A DNA stretch of 64,000 bases from assembly GCA_965227295.1 (NCBI GenBank), contig OZ245742.1, positions 3,136,001-3,200,000 on the forward strand. The letters run 5' to 3'. This document shows, piece after piece, positions 1 through 9,155 of this stretch (position 1 is the stretch's first letter; each line of letters starts with the position of its first letter). This stretch comes from Leptonemataceae bacterium (GTDB taxonomy: Bacteria > Spirochaetota > Leptospiria > Leptospirales > Leptonemataceae). The translations under genes and the position numbers were made by a program. The notes beneath the pieces were generated by a model. The model worked only from the letters and a program-made list of their open reading frames with translations, was not told where the DNA came from and did not search any database.

Positions 1-368
1 TACTCGACGATCTCGGCGGTGGCGGTGAAGGTCATGGCCGGCAGGATCACCGCGTCTTTCGCGCCGACCTCCCAGCCCGCCAGGGCCAGGTGCAGGGCCG
101 CGGTGCAGGAGTTCACGGCCACCGCGTGTTTCGCGCCCACCGCGGCGGCGAACTCCTCTTCGAAGGCCGAGGTCTCGGGGCCGGACGTCAGCCAGCCGGA
201 GCGCAGCACACGGTTGACCGCGGCGATCTCTTCCCGGCCGATGTCCGGGCGGGCGAAGTGCAACTTGCGGCGCCGCAATCGGCGCCGTTCTCGTTTCGCC
301 GGCTCCGCGGGAACGGCATCGGTGTTCGACGACGGAACGAGGGGATCGATGGGGTTTTCACTGCGCAT
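1..368 (-). CDS. DegT/DnrJ/EryC1/StrS family PLP aminotransferase (5' part, runs off window)
   Basis: Not in ORF track. Hand translation from ATG at 368 gives ...[61 protein letters not shown]...[10 protein letters not shown], the classic family N-terminus. Confidence 0.9.
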   Translation of the reverse strand, partial: MRSENPIDPLVPSSNTDAVPAEPAKRERRRLRRRKLHFARPDIGREEIAAVNRVLRSGWLTSGPETSAFEEEFAAAVGAKHAVAVNSCTAALHLALAGWEVGAKDAVILPAMTFTATAEIVE

Positions 369-437
369 GACGGTTCCGTTTGTACTTCGGATTTATGTCG
401 TAAATATTAACGCAATCCCGGGATTGTACAGCAAAAA

Positions 438-1340
438 ATGACTGCACCGAAGATTCTCATTACCGGCGCCGGGGGCTACGCCGGCCGGGCCCTGGCCGAT
501 TATTTTGCCGCGCGGGGCGCCGCCGTCCACGCCGTCGTCCGCAGGAGTTCCTACAAATCCGTTCCGGGGAGCAGCGGCATCACCGAACACGTCTGCGATC
601 TGGAAGATCCGGCCGCCGTTCGCGACCTGGCCGATCGGCTGCCGGCCCTGGACTGCGTCGTACACGCCGCGGCCGCCCAGGCCCATCGGGCGAGTGACAG
701 CCTCACCGGCGACTCCGACGCGAACCTGCGCATGCTGGAACATCTTACGGCCTCCGTTCGCGCGAAGCGCTGGATTCATCTCAGCACGGTCGAGGTCTAC
801 GGCGCGGCGGGTCGTCGCGGGCCGGTCAGCCCGGAGAACGCCGGCGAGCTGCGCCCGGCGACGAGCTACGGTCGCTCCAAGCTCGCGTGTGAGGAGTTCC
901 TACAAAAGCAGTACGATGCACAGGTTCTCGCTGACGTGCGCATCCTCCGCCTGGGTCCGCTCTACGATCCCCCTGGAACCGACGGCGTGCGTCGGCAAAG
1001 CATCGTCGATCGATTGCAGTTGCCGAAGCTGGGCGGTGCCGTGAACATCTGGCCGAAGCCGCGTTACAGCCTGTGTTCGTTGGATACATTGCTTGCGACG
1101 GTGGACGGCCAGGTCGGTGATGATCGCCGGGGCTATCTCGTACGCAACGTCGTCGACCCGCAAACCTATACGCAGCAAAAGTTAAGGCAAATGTTCCCGG
1201 AGTATGCCGGGCTCGCGTTGCCCCTGCCGGAACCGCTGCTCCGGCCGTTCTACTGGTTGTTGTTTTTGATTCCAGGGCGCCGCGGCTACGCCCTGCGATG
1301 CTACTACTGGAAGTTACTGCGCACCAACGTCTTTCGTTAA
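438..1340 (+). CDS. NAD-dependent epimerase/dehydratase (extended SDR)
   Basis: ILITGAGGYAG Rossmann motif, HLSTVEVYG, catalytic YGRSK (YxxxK), ILRLGPLY. Confidence 0.85.
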   Translation: MTAPKILITGAGGYAGRALADYFAARGAAVHAVVRRSSYKSVPGSSGITEHVCDLEDPAAVRDLADRLPALDCVVHAAAAQAHRASDSLTGDSDANLRMLEHLTASVRAKRWIHLSTVEVYGAAGRRGPVSPENAGELRPATSYGRSKLACEEFLQKQYDAQVLADVRILRLGPLYDPPGTDGVRRQSIVDRLQLPKLGGAVNIWPKPRYSLCSLDTLLATVDGQVGDDRRGYLVRNVVDPQTYTQQKLRQMFPEYAGLALPLPEPLLRPFYWLLFLIPGRRGYALRCYYWKLLRTNVFR

Positions 1341-3614
1341 ACGTTCCAGCACCGGATCGTAGAACGTCCAGTAGACCAGGCCCCGCCGCACTCGCGTCGG
1401 TTCCGGAACCGGGTAGTGCATGCGATAGATCGGATTCGCGCCGGTACGTTCGCGGATTCGTTCCAGCAACTCCGGGGACGCCGGGCCGACGAGTACGTTG
1501 CCGTCGCGATCCCGGGGCAGGCCGTCGATTTCACTGATCGTCGCGGCGGTGGCCACCAGGCTCGGATATCCCAGGTTCAAGAAGGCCCGCATGCTGCGCA
1601 GACTGAGCCCGCGGCTTTCTCCGGGCCGGCGTTCGTCGGGATAGTAGTACAGGCCGTCCTCGGCGGCTGCCTGGGGAATCATAACATCCAGGTCCTCCAC
1701 GCTGATCAGGGCGTTTTGCACCGGCTCCTCGGTGAATTCATTCACGGAACGGTACGGCTGGAAGTGCATGGAAAAATAGCCGCCGCGGATCATGAGCAGC
1801 AGATTCAATCCGAGGATAAAGATCGCCGTCACCAGTGCGGCTCGCGAGAAGGCCGGGGTGCGAATGCGTTCCGGGAGCGCGAGGGCGTGGAGCACGCTGC
1901 GCTTCTGTTCGAACTCCAGCATCAGCAAACGGGCGAGCAGCAAATAAAAAGCGAAGATCACCTCGGTTAAGTAACGGCCGCGATAACTTTCACCGCCGTT
2001 GTGAAAGTAGAGGCTGTAGAGCGACGTCACCGAGGCGAAGATCAAGAACAACAGCAACTCGTTCGAACCAGGGGTGAGCAGACGACGATAATGCCGCACT
2101 CCCAGCAGTACGGCCACGGCGAAGAGGGGCACACCGCCCGGGGCGGCCTCTTGATTCAGCGTCGACAGGGCATCGAAGCTTACGAGCAAAACTTTGCGAA
2201 ACGAGTGGCCCAACGTTCCGTAGGTCGGAAAGCAGCCCTGGTCCTGCCACCAGCCGATGGCCTGGCAACCGGGATGGAAGTACTCGCCCATGTAGATCGA
2301 CGTAAAGAAGATGCTCTCGCCGGCCTCCGTGAAGATCCGCGAATAGAGCGAGAACAGATACAGGCCCAGGCCGAAGACCGCAACGGTGAACACCATCCGG
2401 CCGATCACCCGGGGCAGGGGCCAGGTTTCCGGGCCGGCGTTTGTGCCCTGGATTCGGGCGTAGCATCTTGCAGCTAACTGATAGCCGTCGAAAGCTAAGA
2501 GCGCGGCCATGATCGGCAGGCCGGCCTGGGGCCGCAGAAACACCAGGGCGCCGGCGGCGAAAACAAATACACCGCCCCAGGCGAGGCTCCGCGGCGCCGT
2601 TTTGGTCCCGGGCGTACCTTCGTCGAACAGCGACATTCCCCGCCAGGCAATGACGGTGAGCAGGATGAGCGTGGCCCCGGCGGTGTGGGCCATGTAGGTA
2701 CTGGCGAGAAAAAAGACCACCGGGGACGTGATCCACAGCAGCACCGTCGCATCGCGCAGAGCGGAACCGCTCCGCGGAAAGAACGTGCGCACGGCGAGGA
2801 GCAGGAGCGCCGTGTTCGCGCTCGTAAGGAGCAGCGTACCGTAGGGAGCCAGGCCGACGAATGACAGGCCGGCGAGAACGAAGGACCAGCCGTGCAGGTG
2901 AGCGCTGTAGTACGACACGCCGCCGTCGGGCGCGGGGTTCACGATGAGATAGGGCACATGGATCAACTGTTCGAGCCCCGCCGTGCTGACGCCGGAGAGG
3001 GCCGGCACGTGGGCGGTCAATCTTCCGTCGGCAAACAACAGGGCCTGGAGGTGATAGGCGATTTCATCTTCGAGACGGGGGAGGGCCGGGCCGAAGAGCA
3101 GCGGGCGGGCGAGCAGGGCGATGGCGTATGCGCCGAGCAGCACGCCGGTGAATGATAAAACGTTGTTAGACGCGGCGCCGGGGCGGGTCCCATCTTGCTC
3201 GCCGTCCATAAAGAGCAGCCAGCAGCCGTAAAAAAAGAAGAACGTCGCCGCCGGTCGGGCCAGGCCGAAGATGAGGCCGAGCTGGTAGATATAACGCAGC
3301 GGCAGGGGGTTCGTGAGATCGACGTGGGCGAACGGTAGATTCGTTACAAAGGAAATTGCAAAGAATAAAACGGCGGCCACGGCGACTTTGCGGTTCAACC
3401 GGTGCCCGCGCCGGCGCAGGATCCACAGCCACAGCGGAATCAGCAGCGGCGAGTACAGCAACAATCGCTGCGGCAAATCCAGGGCGTAGACGCGTAAATC
3501 GTAAAATTCCGTGGCCTTGAGCGCAAAGACGTTGTCCGAAAGGTTGGGCGCCGCAAGAATCGCGAGAATTCCGTTGACGGCGATCATGGCGAGCGGTGCG
3601 ATTCGTCTGCGCAT
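1314..3614 (-). CDS. Large polytopic membrane protein, GT-C-like glycosyltransferase
   Basis: Many hydrophobic helices, DEIAYHLQA acidic loop motif, GRYL motif. Start uncertain (ATG 3614 chosen). Confidence 0.6.
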   Translation of the reverse strand: MRRRIAPLAMIAVNGILAILAAPNLSDNVFALKATEFYDLRVYALDLPQRLLLYSPLLIPLWLWILRRRGHRLNRKVAVAAVLFFAISFVTNLPFAHVDLTNPLPLRYIYQLGLIFGLARPAATFFFFYGCWLLFMDGEQDGTRPGAASNNVLSFTGVLLGAYAIALLARPLLFGPALPRLEDEIAYHLQALLFADGRLTAHVPALSGVSTAGLEQLIHVPYLIVNPAPDGGVSYYSAHLHGWSFVLAGLSFVGLAPYGTLLLTSANTALLLLAVRTFFPRSGSALRDATVLLWITSPVVFFLASTYMAHTAGATLILLTVIAWRGMSLFDEGTPGTKTAPRSLAWGGVFVFAAGALVFLRPQAGLPIMAALLAFDGYQLAARCYARIQGTNAGPETWPLPRVIGRMVFTVAVFGLGLYLFSLYSRIFTEAGESIFFTSIYMGEYFHPGCQAIGWWQDQGCFPTYGTLGHSFRKVLLVSFDALSTLNQEAAPGGVPLFAVAVLLGVRHYRRLLTPGSNELLLFLIFASVTSLYSLYFHNGGESYRGRYLTEVIFAFYLLLARLLMLEFEQKRSVLHALALPERIRTPAFSRAALVTAIFILGLNLLLMIRGGYFSMHFQPYRSVNEFTEEPVQNALISVEDLDVMIPQAAAEDGLYYYPDERRPGESRGLSLRSMRAFLNLGYPSLVATAATISEIDGLPRDRDGNVLVGPASPELLERIRERTGANPIYRMHYPVPEPTRVRRGLVYWTFYDPVLERLTKDVGAQ

Positions 3615-3701
3615 GGATTGGGAGCATCGCCGAACGTCCCTCCGGACGACCACCGGATTTTTGCGCTTTTCCTGTGCGTCCGCAAGCGGGCTCTGGAGTA
3701 C

Positions 3702-5366
3702 ATGGGAGGGGCTGTGCGTTTGGTGATCGGCCGCTACCTCGGAGCCCTCGCGCTTGCGGCGGTCATTGCCTGGCCGCTGCTCTGGTATCCGCCCGGCTCC
3801 GATCAGGCGACGTTTAGTTACATTGCCCGCCTGTGGCTCGACGGCAATCTGCCGTTCCGCGACGCCCTCGATACCAAACCGCCCGGCATCTATCTCGTCT
3901 ACATGCTCGCCGAACTGCTGTTCGGCCGGAACCTCTACAACTATCGTTTGCTGGAAATTTTTACGGCGGCCCTGGCCGTCTTTCCGTTGCGCGCTCTGTT
4001 CCAGGCGATCGGACGCAGCCCTTCCGGCGGCACACTGGCCTACGTCCTCTACCTCGCCCTGTACTTCATGGGCAACGACTTCTGGAATCTTTCACAGACG
4101 GAGTTTTATCTCGGCATCGCGAGTTTGTTTTATTTGCAATTGCTGCTCTATCGGCGTCCCGGGGCCGGAGCGCAGAGCGCGCGTTACGCCGGAATTGCCT
4201 GGTTCGGCGCGGGCCTTCTGCTCGGCCTGGTTTTCTTGCTGAAACAAAACTTCGTTCTACTCGGCCTGCTCTCGGTGTACGTTTTTTACCTGGAGTGGCG
4301 CGATGCCGGAGCGCTGCGCGGAGGAACGGTGCGGCGCGCCGTCGTACACGCCGTCGGCGCGGCCCTGCCGGTGCTCGGGATGCTGCTGTACTTCTACGCT
4401 TACGGCGCCCTCGGCGACCTCATTTACGGCACGTTGTACTTGCCGGGACTGTACGCGCGCTACAATCAACTGCCGCCGACGTACTTCGAATTCTACAAGT
4501 TCACCATGCTGTGGAGCGCGGGCTGGCTGATTCTTTTTGCGATCGGAGTGTGGCGGCTTTTCGTGCGTGGTGCCGGCGAGTCCGCGCAGCGGCGGGCGGT
4601 CTTCTTAACTTTCGGCTGGATGATCTTACTCTTCGTCCTGGTCGCCGTGCAGCGCAAGTTCTGGATCTATCACATGATGGTGCTCATGCCCTGTGCGGCG
4701 GTACTCGCGGCCCTGGGCACGCTGTGGTTGTCCGCGCAGCTCCAGCGCCGCATGAGTGTTCCGGCGGCACGCGGTTGTCTGGGGCTCTGCCTGGCCGTGA
4801 ACGTATATCTGATCGCTTCGGGTGTGTACAACGGCGACGCCTCGTACATGTCCACGTCCAACTACTACACGGGCGCCCTCGGTAACGTCGTTGCTTACGT
4901 GCGGGGAAACATGGATCAGTCCACGTTCTTCAAGACCTTCGTGGGCCCGTTTCATTCTCCGGAGAGCGACCGGGTGATTGCCGCGGAACTGGACGCGCAC
5001 ATGCCCGAGGAAGACGCGAGTCTGCTCCTCTACGAATTTCGGCCGGCCGTCTATCTTTTTACGAATCGCCGCACACCGCATCGGTACTTCAATCCGACGC
5101 TCATGACCGTAGTCGGCGCCGATGAAGGCGCCCGGCTCATCAGCGATTTCATGGAAGAGACCTACGTCCGTCACCGCCCGGAGTACATCGTCTTCGGTCT
5201 CGACGGTCCCTGGCAGGAAGATGATTTTCTGCGTAACTTCGATCCGCGCCTGTTCGGTTATCGTCCCGTGCATTCGTTCTATATTCGCTACACCTATTCC
5301 ATTACCGGCGAGCGCGACGCCCGGGTGCCCATGGGCCTCTTTCGTGACGCGCTGCCGGAACCGTAA
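3702..5366 (+). CDS. ArnT/PMT-like (GT-C) membrane glycosyltransferase
   Basis: DQATFSYIA...PFRDALDTKPPG signature, LLKQN, multiple TM helices, GGAG RBS before ATG 3702. Confidence 0.75.
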   Translation: MGGAVRLVIGRYLGALALAAVIAWPLLWYPPGSDQATFSYIARLWLDGNLPFRDALDTKPPGIYLVYMLAELLFGRNLYNYRLLEIFTAALAVFPLRALFQAIGRSPSGGTLAYVLYLALYFMGNDFWNLSQTEFYLGIASLFYLQLLLYRRPGAGAQSARYAGIAWFGAGLLLGLVFLLKQNFVLLGLLSVYVFYLEWRDAGALRGGTVRRAVVHAVGAALPVLGMLLYFYAYGALGDLIYGTLYLPGLYARYNQLPPTYFEFYKFTMLWSAGWLILFAIGVWRLFVRGAGESAQRRAVFLTFGWMILLFVLVAVQRKFWIYHMMVLMPCAAVLAALGTLWLSAQLQRRMSVPAARGCLGLCLAVNVYLIASGVYNGDASYMSTSNYYTGALGNVVAYVRGNMDQSTFFKTFVGPFHSPESDRVIAAELDAHMPEEDASLLLYEFRPAVYLFTNRRTPHRYFNPTLMTVVGADEGARLISDFMEETYVRHRPEYIVFGLDGPWQEDDFLRNFDPRLFGYRPVHSFYIRYTYSITGERDARVPMGLFRDALPEP

Positions 5367-5371
5367 ACACC

Positions 5372-7078
5372 ATGTCCGAATCCAACGCAACCATCCCGCC
5401 GTTTTCCGCTCGCCGGGCCCGGGTCATCGCCTGGGCAGCGGTGATCGTGCTCACGCTCTTCGCCGTGTACAAACTTCCGCCGAAGTACAGTTACACCGGA
5501 GACGGACTTACGAAGGCCATTCAGGCGCATTCGCTTTTGTTCCACGGCAGCGAACAGTTGTATTATCCGGCGGCGGACATCGATCCGCGCTACGCGTACT
5601 ATCCGTTCCCCGGGGTCTATCGCCTGGAAGTACAGCCGGGGCGGTTCGTCGGTCCGTTCCCGGTACTGTTTGCGGCGGCGAGCGTTCCCGTCCTGGCGGT
5701 GTTCGGTAAGATCGCGCTGCCGGTGTGGAACTGCGTGCTCTTTTTGTTGCTCCTCTATTTGCTCCAGCGCTGGTGGTCCGTGCATCCGCTGACGATCGTG
5801 TGGGCGGCGTTCACCACGCCGCTGATTCTCTATGCCGTGGAATACTCGGAAAACATTTTGTTCATACTGCTCGTCTTCGCCGGTTTGACGTTGTTTTTGA
5901 AATCGTTGCCGGAAGAGGACGATGCGGACGGTAGTATCCCGGCGGCGATCGGCGGCGGATTGTTGGTCGGTCTCGGCGTGTGGTTGCGTCTCGAAGCGCT
6001 GATCTTTTTTGCGATCCTGGGCGGTGTCGCCTTTGTTGTGCATCGCGGCTGGCGGCGATCAAACATCGTTTGCATGCTGGCCGGGGCCGCCGGTTTTTTC
6101 GCGGCGCTGCTTGCGTTCTGCGTCTGGAACGCTTTCGATTACGGACATTTTCTGGGGCCGCGCTACATTGCCGAGGGCGGCGGCGCCGGTTTTTTTCGGG
6201 ACTTTTCCGTGAAGCTGGATATCTGGATCACCCTGGTCTTCGGCAAGCTGCAACCGCTGCCGAAGCTCGGATTCCTGGCCTATATGCCGGTGTTTTTGAT
6301 CGTATGGTTGCATCTGCTGCGGCCGTCCATCTTTCGTGCGCTCTCGCTTAACTTACGCACACTACTGATTAGCACGCTGATCTTTGTGCCGCTCGTCCCC
6401 TGGTTCGCTCCCCACGACGGCATCACGGCCTGGGGACCGCGTTACCTGGCCCTGGCGATCCTGCCGTGTTGTCTCCTGTTCGATCGCGCCCTGCGCGACG
6501 GGTTCGCCGCCGCGTCTCGCACCACTTTCGGTCGCTGGTTGTTCGACCTGGCATCGGAGAAAAACGACGAGCGTCCCGGCCTGCGCAGTGCCCCGGATTT
6601 ATCCGGCGGCTCGGCGATCGGATCTTCGCGGCGCTACGGCCGTGGTGCCGTGGCTTTGCTCTTTGCCCTGTTGCTTGTCGGCCTTGCTTATACGCCGACG
6701 ATGTACGGCATTGACTTTTATCGCACGGCGGTGAAACAGTTGCGCAAGTTTCAGAAGGACTTCGCCGGAGCTCCGGCGGACGTGCGTGTTTTTACGAATC
6801 CGCTCTTCGCGCAACACATGGGCCTGCAGTACTTCGAAACTCCGTCGATGTTGCTCATGCAACCCAGGCGCGCGCCGGCCCTGCTGGAGCGATTGAAAAC
6901 GCACGCCGCGGGCAAGACGGTCGTGGTCTACGAAGCGCCGTCGATGTTCGGCAACCCCGGTGACAACGCGGGTCCGGCGGTAAACGCCGCCTTCACGGCG
7001 CACGAATCGTTGGAAGCGGTGCGGGTGATCCCGCTACCGGAAAGTTACGGCAGGGCGACGGTGTATCGGGTGAAGTAA
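5372..7078 (+). CDS. Polytopic putative GT-C glycosyltransferase
   Basis: GDGLTKAIQA, EYSEN, LRLEA and WGPRYL motifs, many TM helices, 5 bp after the upstream GT. Confidence 0.65.
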   Translation: MSESNATIPPFSARRARVIAWAAVIVLTLFAVYKLPPKYSYTGDGLTKAIQAHSLLFHGSEQLYYPAADIDPRYAYYPFPGVYRLEVQPGRFVGPFPVLFAAASVPVLAVFGKIALPVWNCVLFLLLLYLLQRWWSVHPLTIVWAAFTTPLILYAVEYSENILFILLVFAGLTLFLKSLPEEDDADGSIPAAIGGGLLVGLGVWLRLEALIFFAILGGVAFVVHRGWRRSNIVCMLAGAAGFFAALLAFCVWNAFDYGHFLGPRYIAEGGGAGFFRDFSVKLDIWITLVFGKLQPLPKLGFLAYMPVFLIVWLHLLRPSIFRALSLNLRTLLISTLIFVPLVPWFAPHDGITAWGPRYLALAILPCCLLFDRALRDGFAAASRTTFGRWLFDLASEKNDERPGLRSAPDLSGGSAIGSSRRYGRGAVALLFALLLVGLAYTPTMYGIDFYRTAVKQLRKFQKDFAGAPADVRVFTNPLFAQHMGLQYFETPSMLLMQPRRAPALLERLKTHAAGKTVVVYEAPSMFGNPGDNAGPAVNAAFTAHESLEAVRVIPLPESYGRATVYRVK

Positions 7079-7086
7079 CTCACGAA

Positions 7087-7743
7087 CGCCCCGGATCGTG
7101 GTGTAAGTTACGGCCAGTTTGAGTTAAGAATATTTTGGTCACAACTGGTTCCAGCTGACGAGCGGAGGTCATGCCGGGGATTTTGGTAAGGCGGACCGGA
7201 ACGGCGTCTTCGCCGCAAGAAAGGCTTCGGTAGCTGAGTCGCAAACCGACGTCCGGGTCGAGGCGGACTGTCTTAACAAAACGAAAATCCACAACTCCGA
7301 AGAGCCGTAGCCAAATCAACCCCTTACCCATTGCGCAACTTACCTTGTGTGTCTCACGGTAAACGCCGCGAGATAGAGCTCTTGAACTACCGAAAACGTT
7401 TGATTCGTTCGAGTACGCCCCGAATCGTGGTGTAAGTTACGGCCAGTTTGGATTAACACTTTTGTGGTCACAACTGGTTCCAGCTGACGAGCGGAGGTCA
7501 TTCCGGGGATTTTGGTAAGGCGGACCGGAACGGCGTCTTCGCCGTAAGAATCGCTACGGTAGCTGAGTCGCAAACCGACGTCCAGGTCGAGGCGGACTGT
7601 CTTAACAAAACGAAAATCCACAACTCCGAAGAGCCGTAGCCAAATCAACCCCTTACCCATTGCGCGACTTACCTTATGTGTCTCACGGTAAACGCCGCGA
7701 GATAGAGCTCTTGAACTACCGGAAACTTTTGTTCGTTCGAGCA
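7087..7743 (-). ncRNA. Candidate structured ncRNA or non-autonomous element, two copies, unknown family
   Basis: Minus strand has a C(UUCG)G-capped 9-bp stem (7289-7310, 7618-7639) and other stems that need G-U pairs, plus long-range complementarities. Confidence 0.5.
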
Positions 7744-7764
7744 CGTCCCGAATTGTGGTTAAGT
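7087..7764. repeat. Tandem direct repeat: two ~329-bp units (7087-7415, 7416-7743) plus a ~21-bp third start (7744-7764)
   Basis: Direct alignment, about 19 differences between copies by hand count. Period 329/328 bp is not a multiple of 3. Confidence 0.97.
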
Positions 7765-7779
7765 AGCGGTCAGCGTAAA

Positions 7780-9114
7780 TTAAGGTTTCCCCGGTACCTG
7801 GTGCATCTGCGAACGTTTGCCGAGCCAGCTACGAATCAACATAAACGGTCGTTCGGCGATGAGGTGAAACCAGTAGGCGGCGAACAGCGTCACGAATGAG
7901 AACGGCAGCCACCACAGAAAGATGTGCGCCATGGTGATGGGATACGCCGGCTGGCCGGTCAGCGGATTCGGTTGGAAGACCTCGCCGATAAGCCAGGCAC
8001 CCACCACGCCGTGGATGATGTAGGCGCAATACGAAAGCTTCGCCACCGGCGAAAATGGCCACCACGACAACGCCCTGGCGAGCAACGTGGTGCCGGTACC
8101 CACGGGACGAATGGCCATGATCATAATGATCATCCAGGCGATGTCCAGGGCGTTGAAGCGCAGCACGTAACCGAAGACGCCGCCGTCGAATTCGTTTACG
8201 AGAAACGAGATCAACACAATCGCGAGCCAGGAACCGCCGTGCAACGTGCGGCGCACCCAGGTCGTTTCCGTGATGTAAGTGATCCACTGCGGTTCGTAGT
8301 CGTAAATGTAGGCCGCGATGATGCCCGTAAAGATTGCGTCGATGCGCGCGTGAAAGGGATAGTAAAGCTGCTTGAGGTACGTCTCCTTCATGTAGAACTG
8401 CACCATGGCCGGGTTGTTCGCATCGATTTCCGGCGGCAGATCCTGCATGTGCGCGTAAAAGTACCACAGCCTGTAGATGACCGGCAGACAGTAGAGAATG
8501 ATGAGGCTCAGCAGACGCCGGCGTTCGGGAACGTAACGAAAGACCAGCAACAGAAAGGCCGGCAGAAACAGATAGAACTGCTCCTCCAGGGACAACGACC
8601 AGCCGTGCGTCATGGTGCCGGGAATGTAGTTACTGAGGTACAGCAGGTCCCAGATGATCGCGTCGTAGCGCGTGGCCTTGAGCATTTCGAACTGCTGCCG
8701 CAGTTCCGGCGTAACCGCGTAGGGTTCGAACTGAGCCAGGAAACCTGCCGCCCACCAGGCGTAGAGTCCCAGGAAGATGTAGTACGGAGGAAAGATGCGC
8801 AGCGAACGTTTCCAGTAAAAACGCCCCAGGTTGATGGTCTTGTTCCGGATGACCTCGTTCAACAACGGCCGCGAGATCAAGAAGCCGCTCAGCACGAAGA
8901 ACATGTCGATGCTCTGCGAACCGTTATCCAGAAAGTTGCGTAAGTAGACGTTCTCTTCGGAAAGCAGGCCGGCGTCACGGATGGGCCGGTAGAAGTGCAC
9001 GTAGAACAGCATGAAGATGGCGATCGCCCGAATGCCGTTCAACGCCGGGATGTCGCCCTTCACCGGGCGAAAGACCGCGGTCAAGTACTCCCACACAGCG
9101 CGCACAAATCCCAT
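7780..9114 (-). CDS. Acyltransferase family 3 (OafA/OatA-like) membrane O-acyltransferase
   Basis: LNGIRAIAI, DMFFVLSGFLI, RSLRIFPPYY, WSLSLEEQFYL, SYCAYIIH. Confidence 0.92.
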   Translation of the reverse strand: MGFVRAVWEYLTAVFRPVKGDIPALNGIRAIAIFMLFYVHFYRPIRDAGLLSEENVYLRNFLDNGSQSIDMFFVLSGFLISRPLLNEVIRNKTINLGRFYWKRSLRIFPPYYIFLGLYAWWAAGFLAQFEPYAVTPELRQQFEMLKATRYDAIIWDLLYLSNYIPGTMTHGWSLSLEEQFYLFLPAFLLLVFRYVPERRRLLSLIILYCLPVIYRLWYFYAHMQDLPPEIDANNPAMVQFYMKETYLKQLYYPFHARIDAIFTGIIAAYIYDYEPQWITYITETTWVRRTLHGGSWLAIVLISFLVNEFDGGVFGYVLRFNALDIAWMIIMIMAIRPVGTGTTLLARALSWWPFSPVAKLSYCAYIIHGVVGAWLIGEVFQPNPLTGQPAYPITMAHIFLWWLPFSFVTLFAAYWFHLIAERPFMLIRSWLGKRSQMHQVPGKP

Positions 9115-9155
9115 GCGGTTATAAATCGATCGGCGAAATAAGGGTCAAGTTCTTC

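Noticed and set aside
7155..7290. Hammerhead ribozyme in the tandem unit (CTGACGAG ... CGAAA on + strand)
   Set aside because: No stem II pairing between the bases after CUGACGA and those before any downstream GAAA, and the G-U pattern mostly favours the minus strand.
7080..7744. 83-aa and 134-aa minus-strand ORFs in the tandem repeat as real genes
   Set aside because: Unit length is not a multiple of 3, no recognisable motif, and similarity is explained by the DNA duplication.
7087..7764. CRISPR array, tmRNA, RNase P or group I/II intron
   Set aside because: The intervening segments are near-identical and ~307 bp, so not spacers. Only short partial resemblances to conserved RNA motifs, in the wrong order or context.
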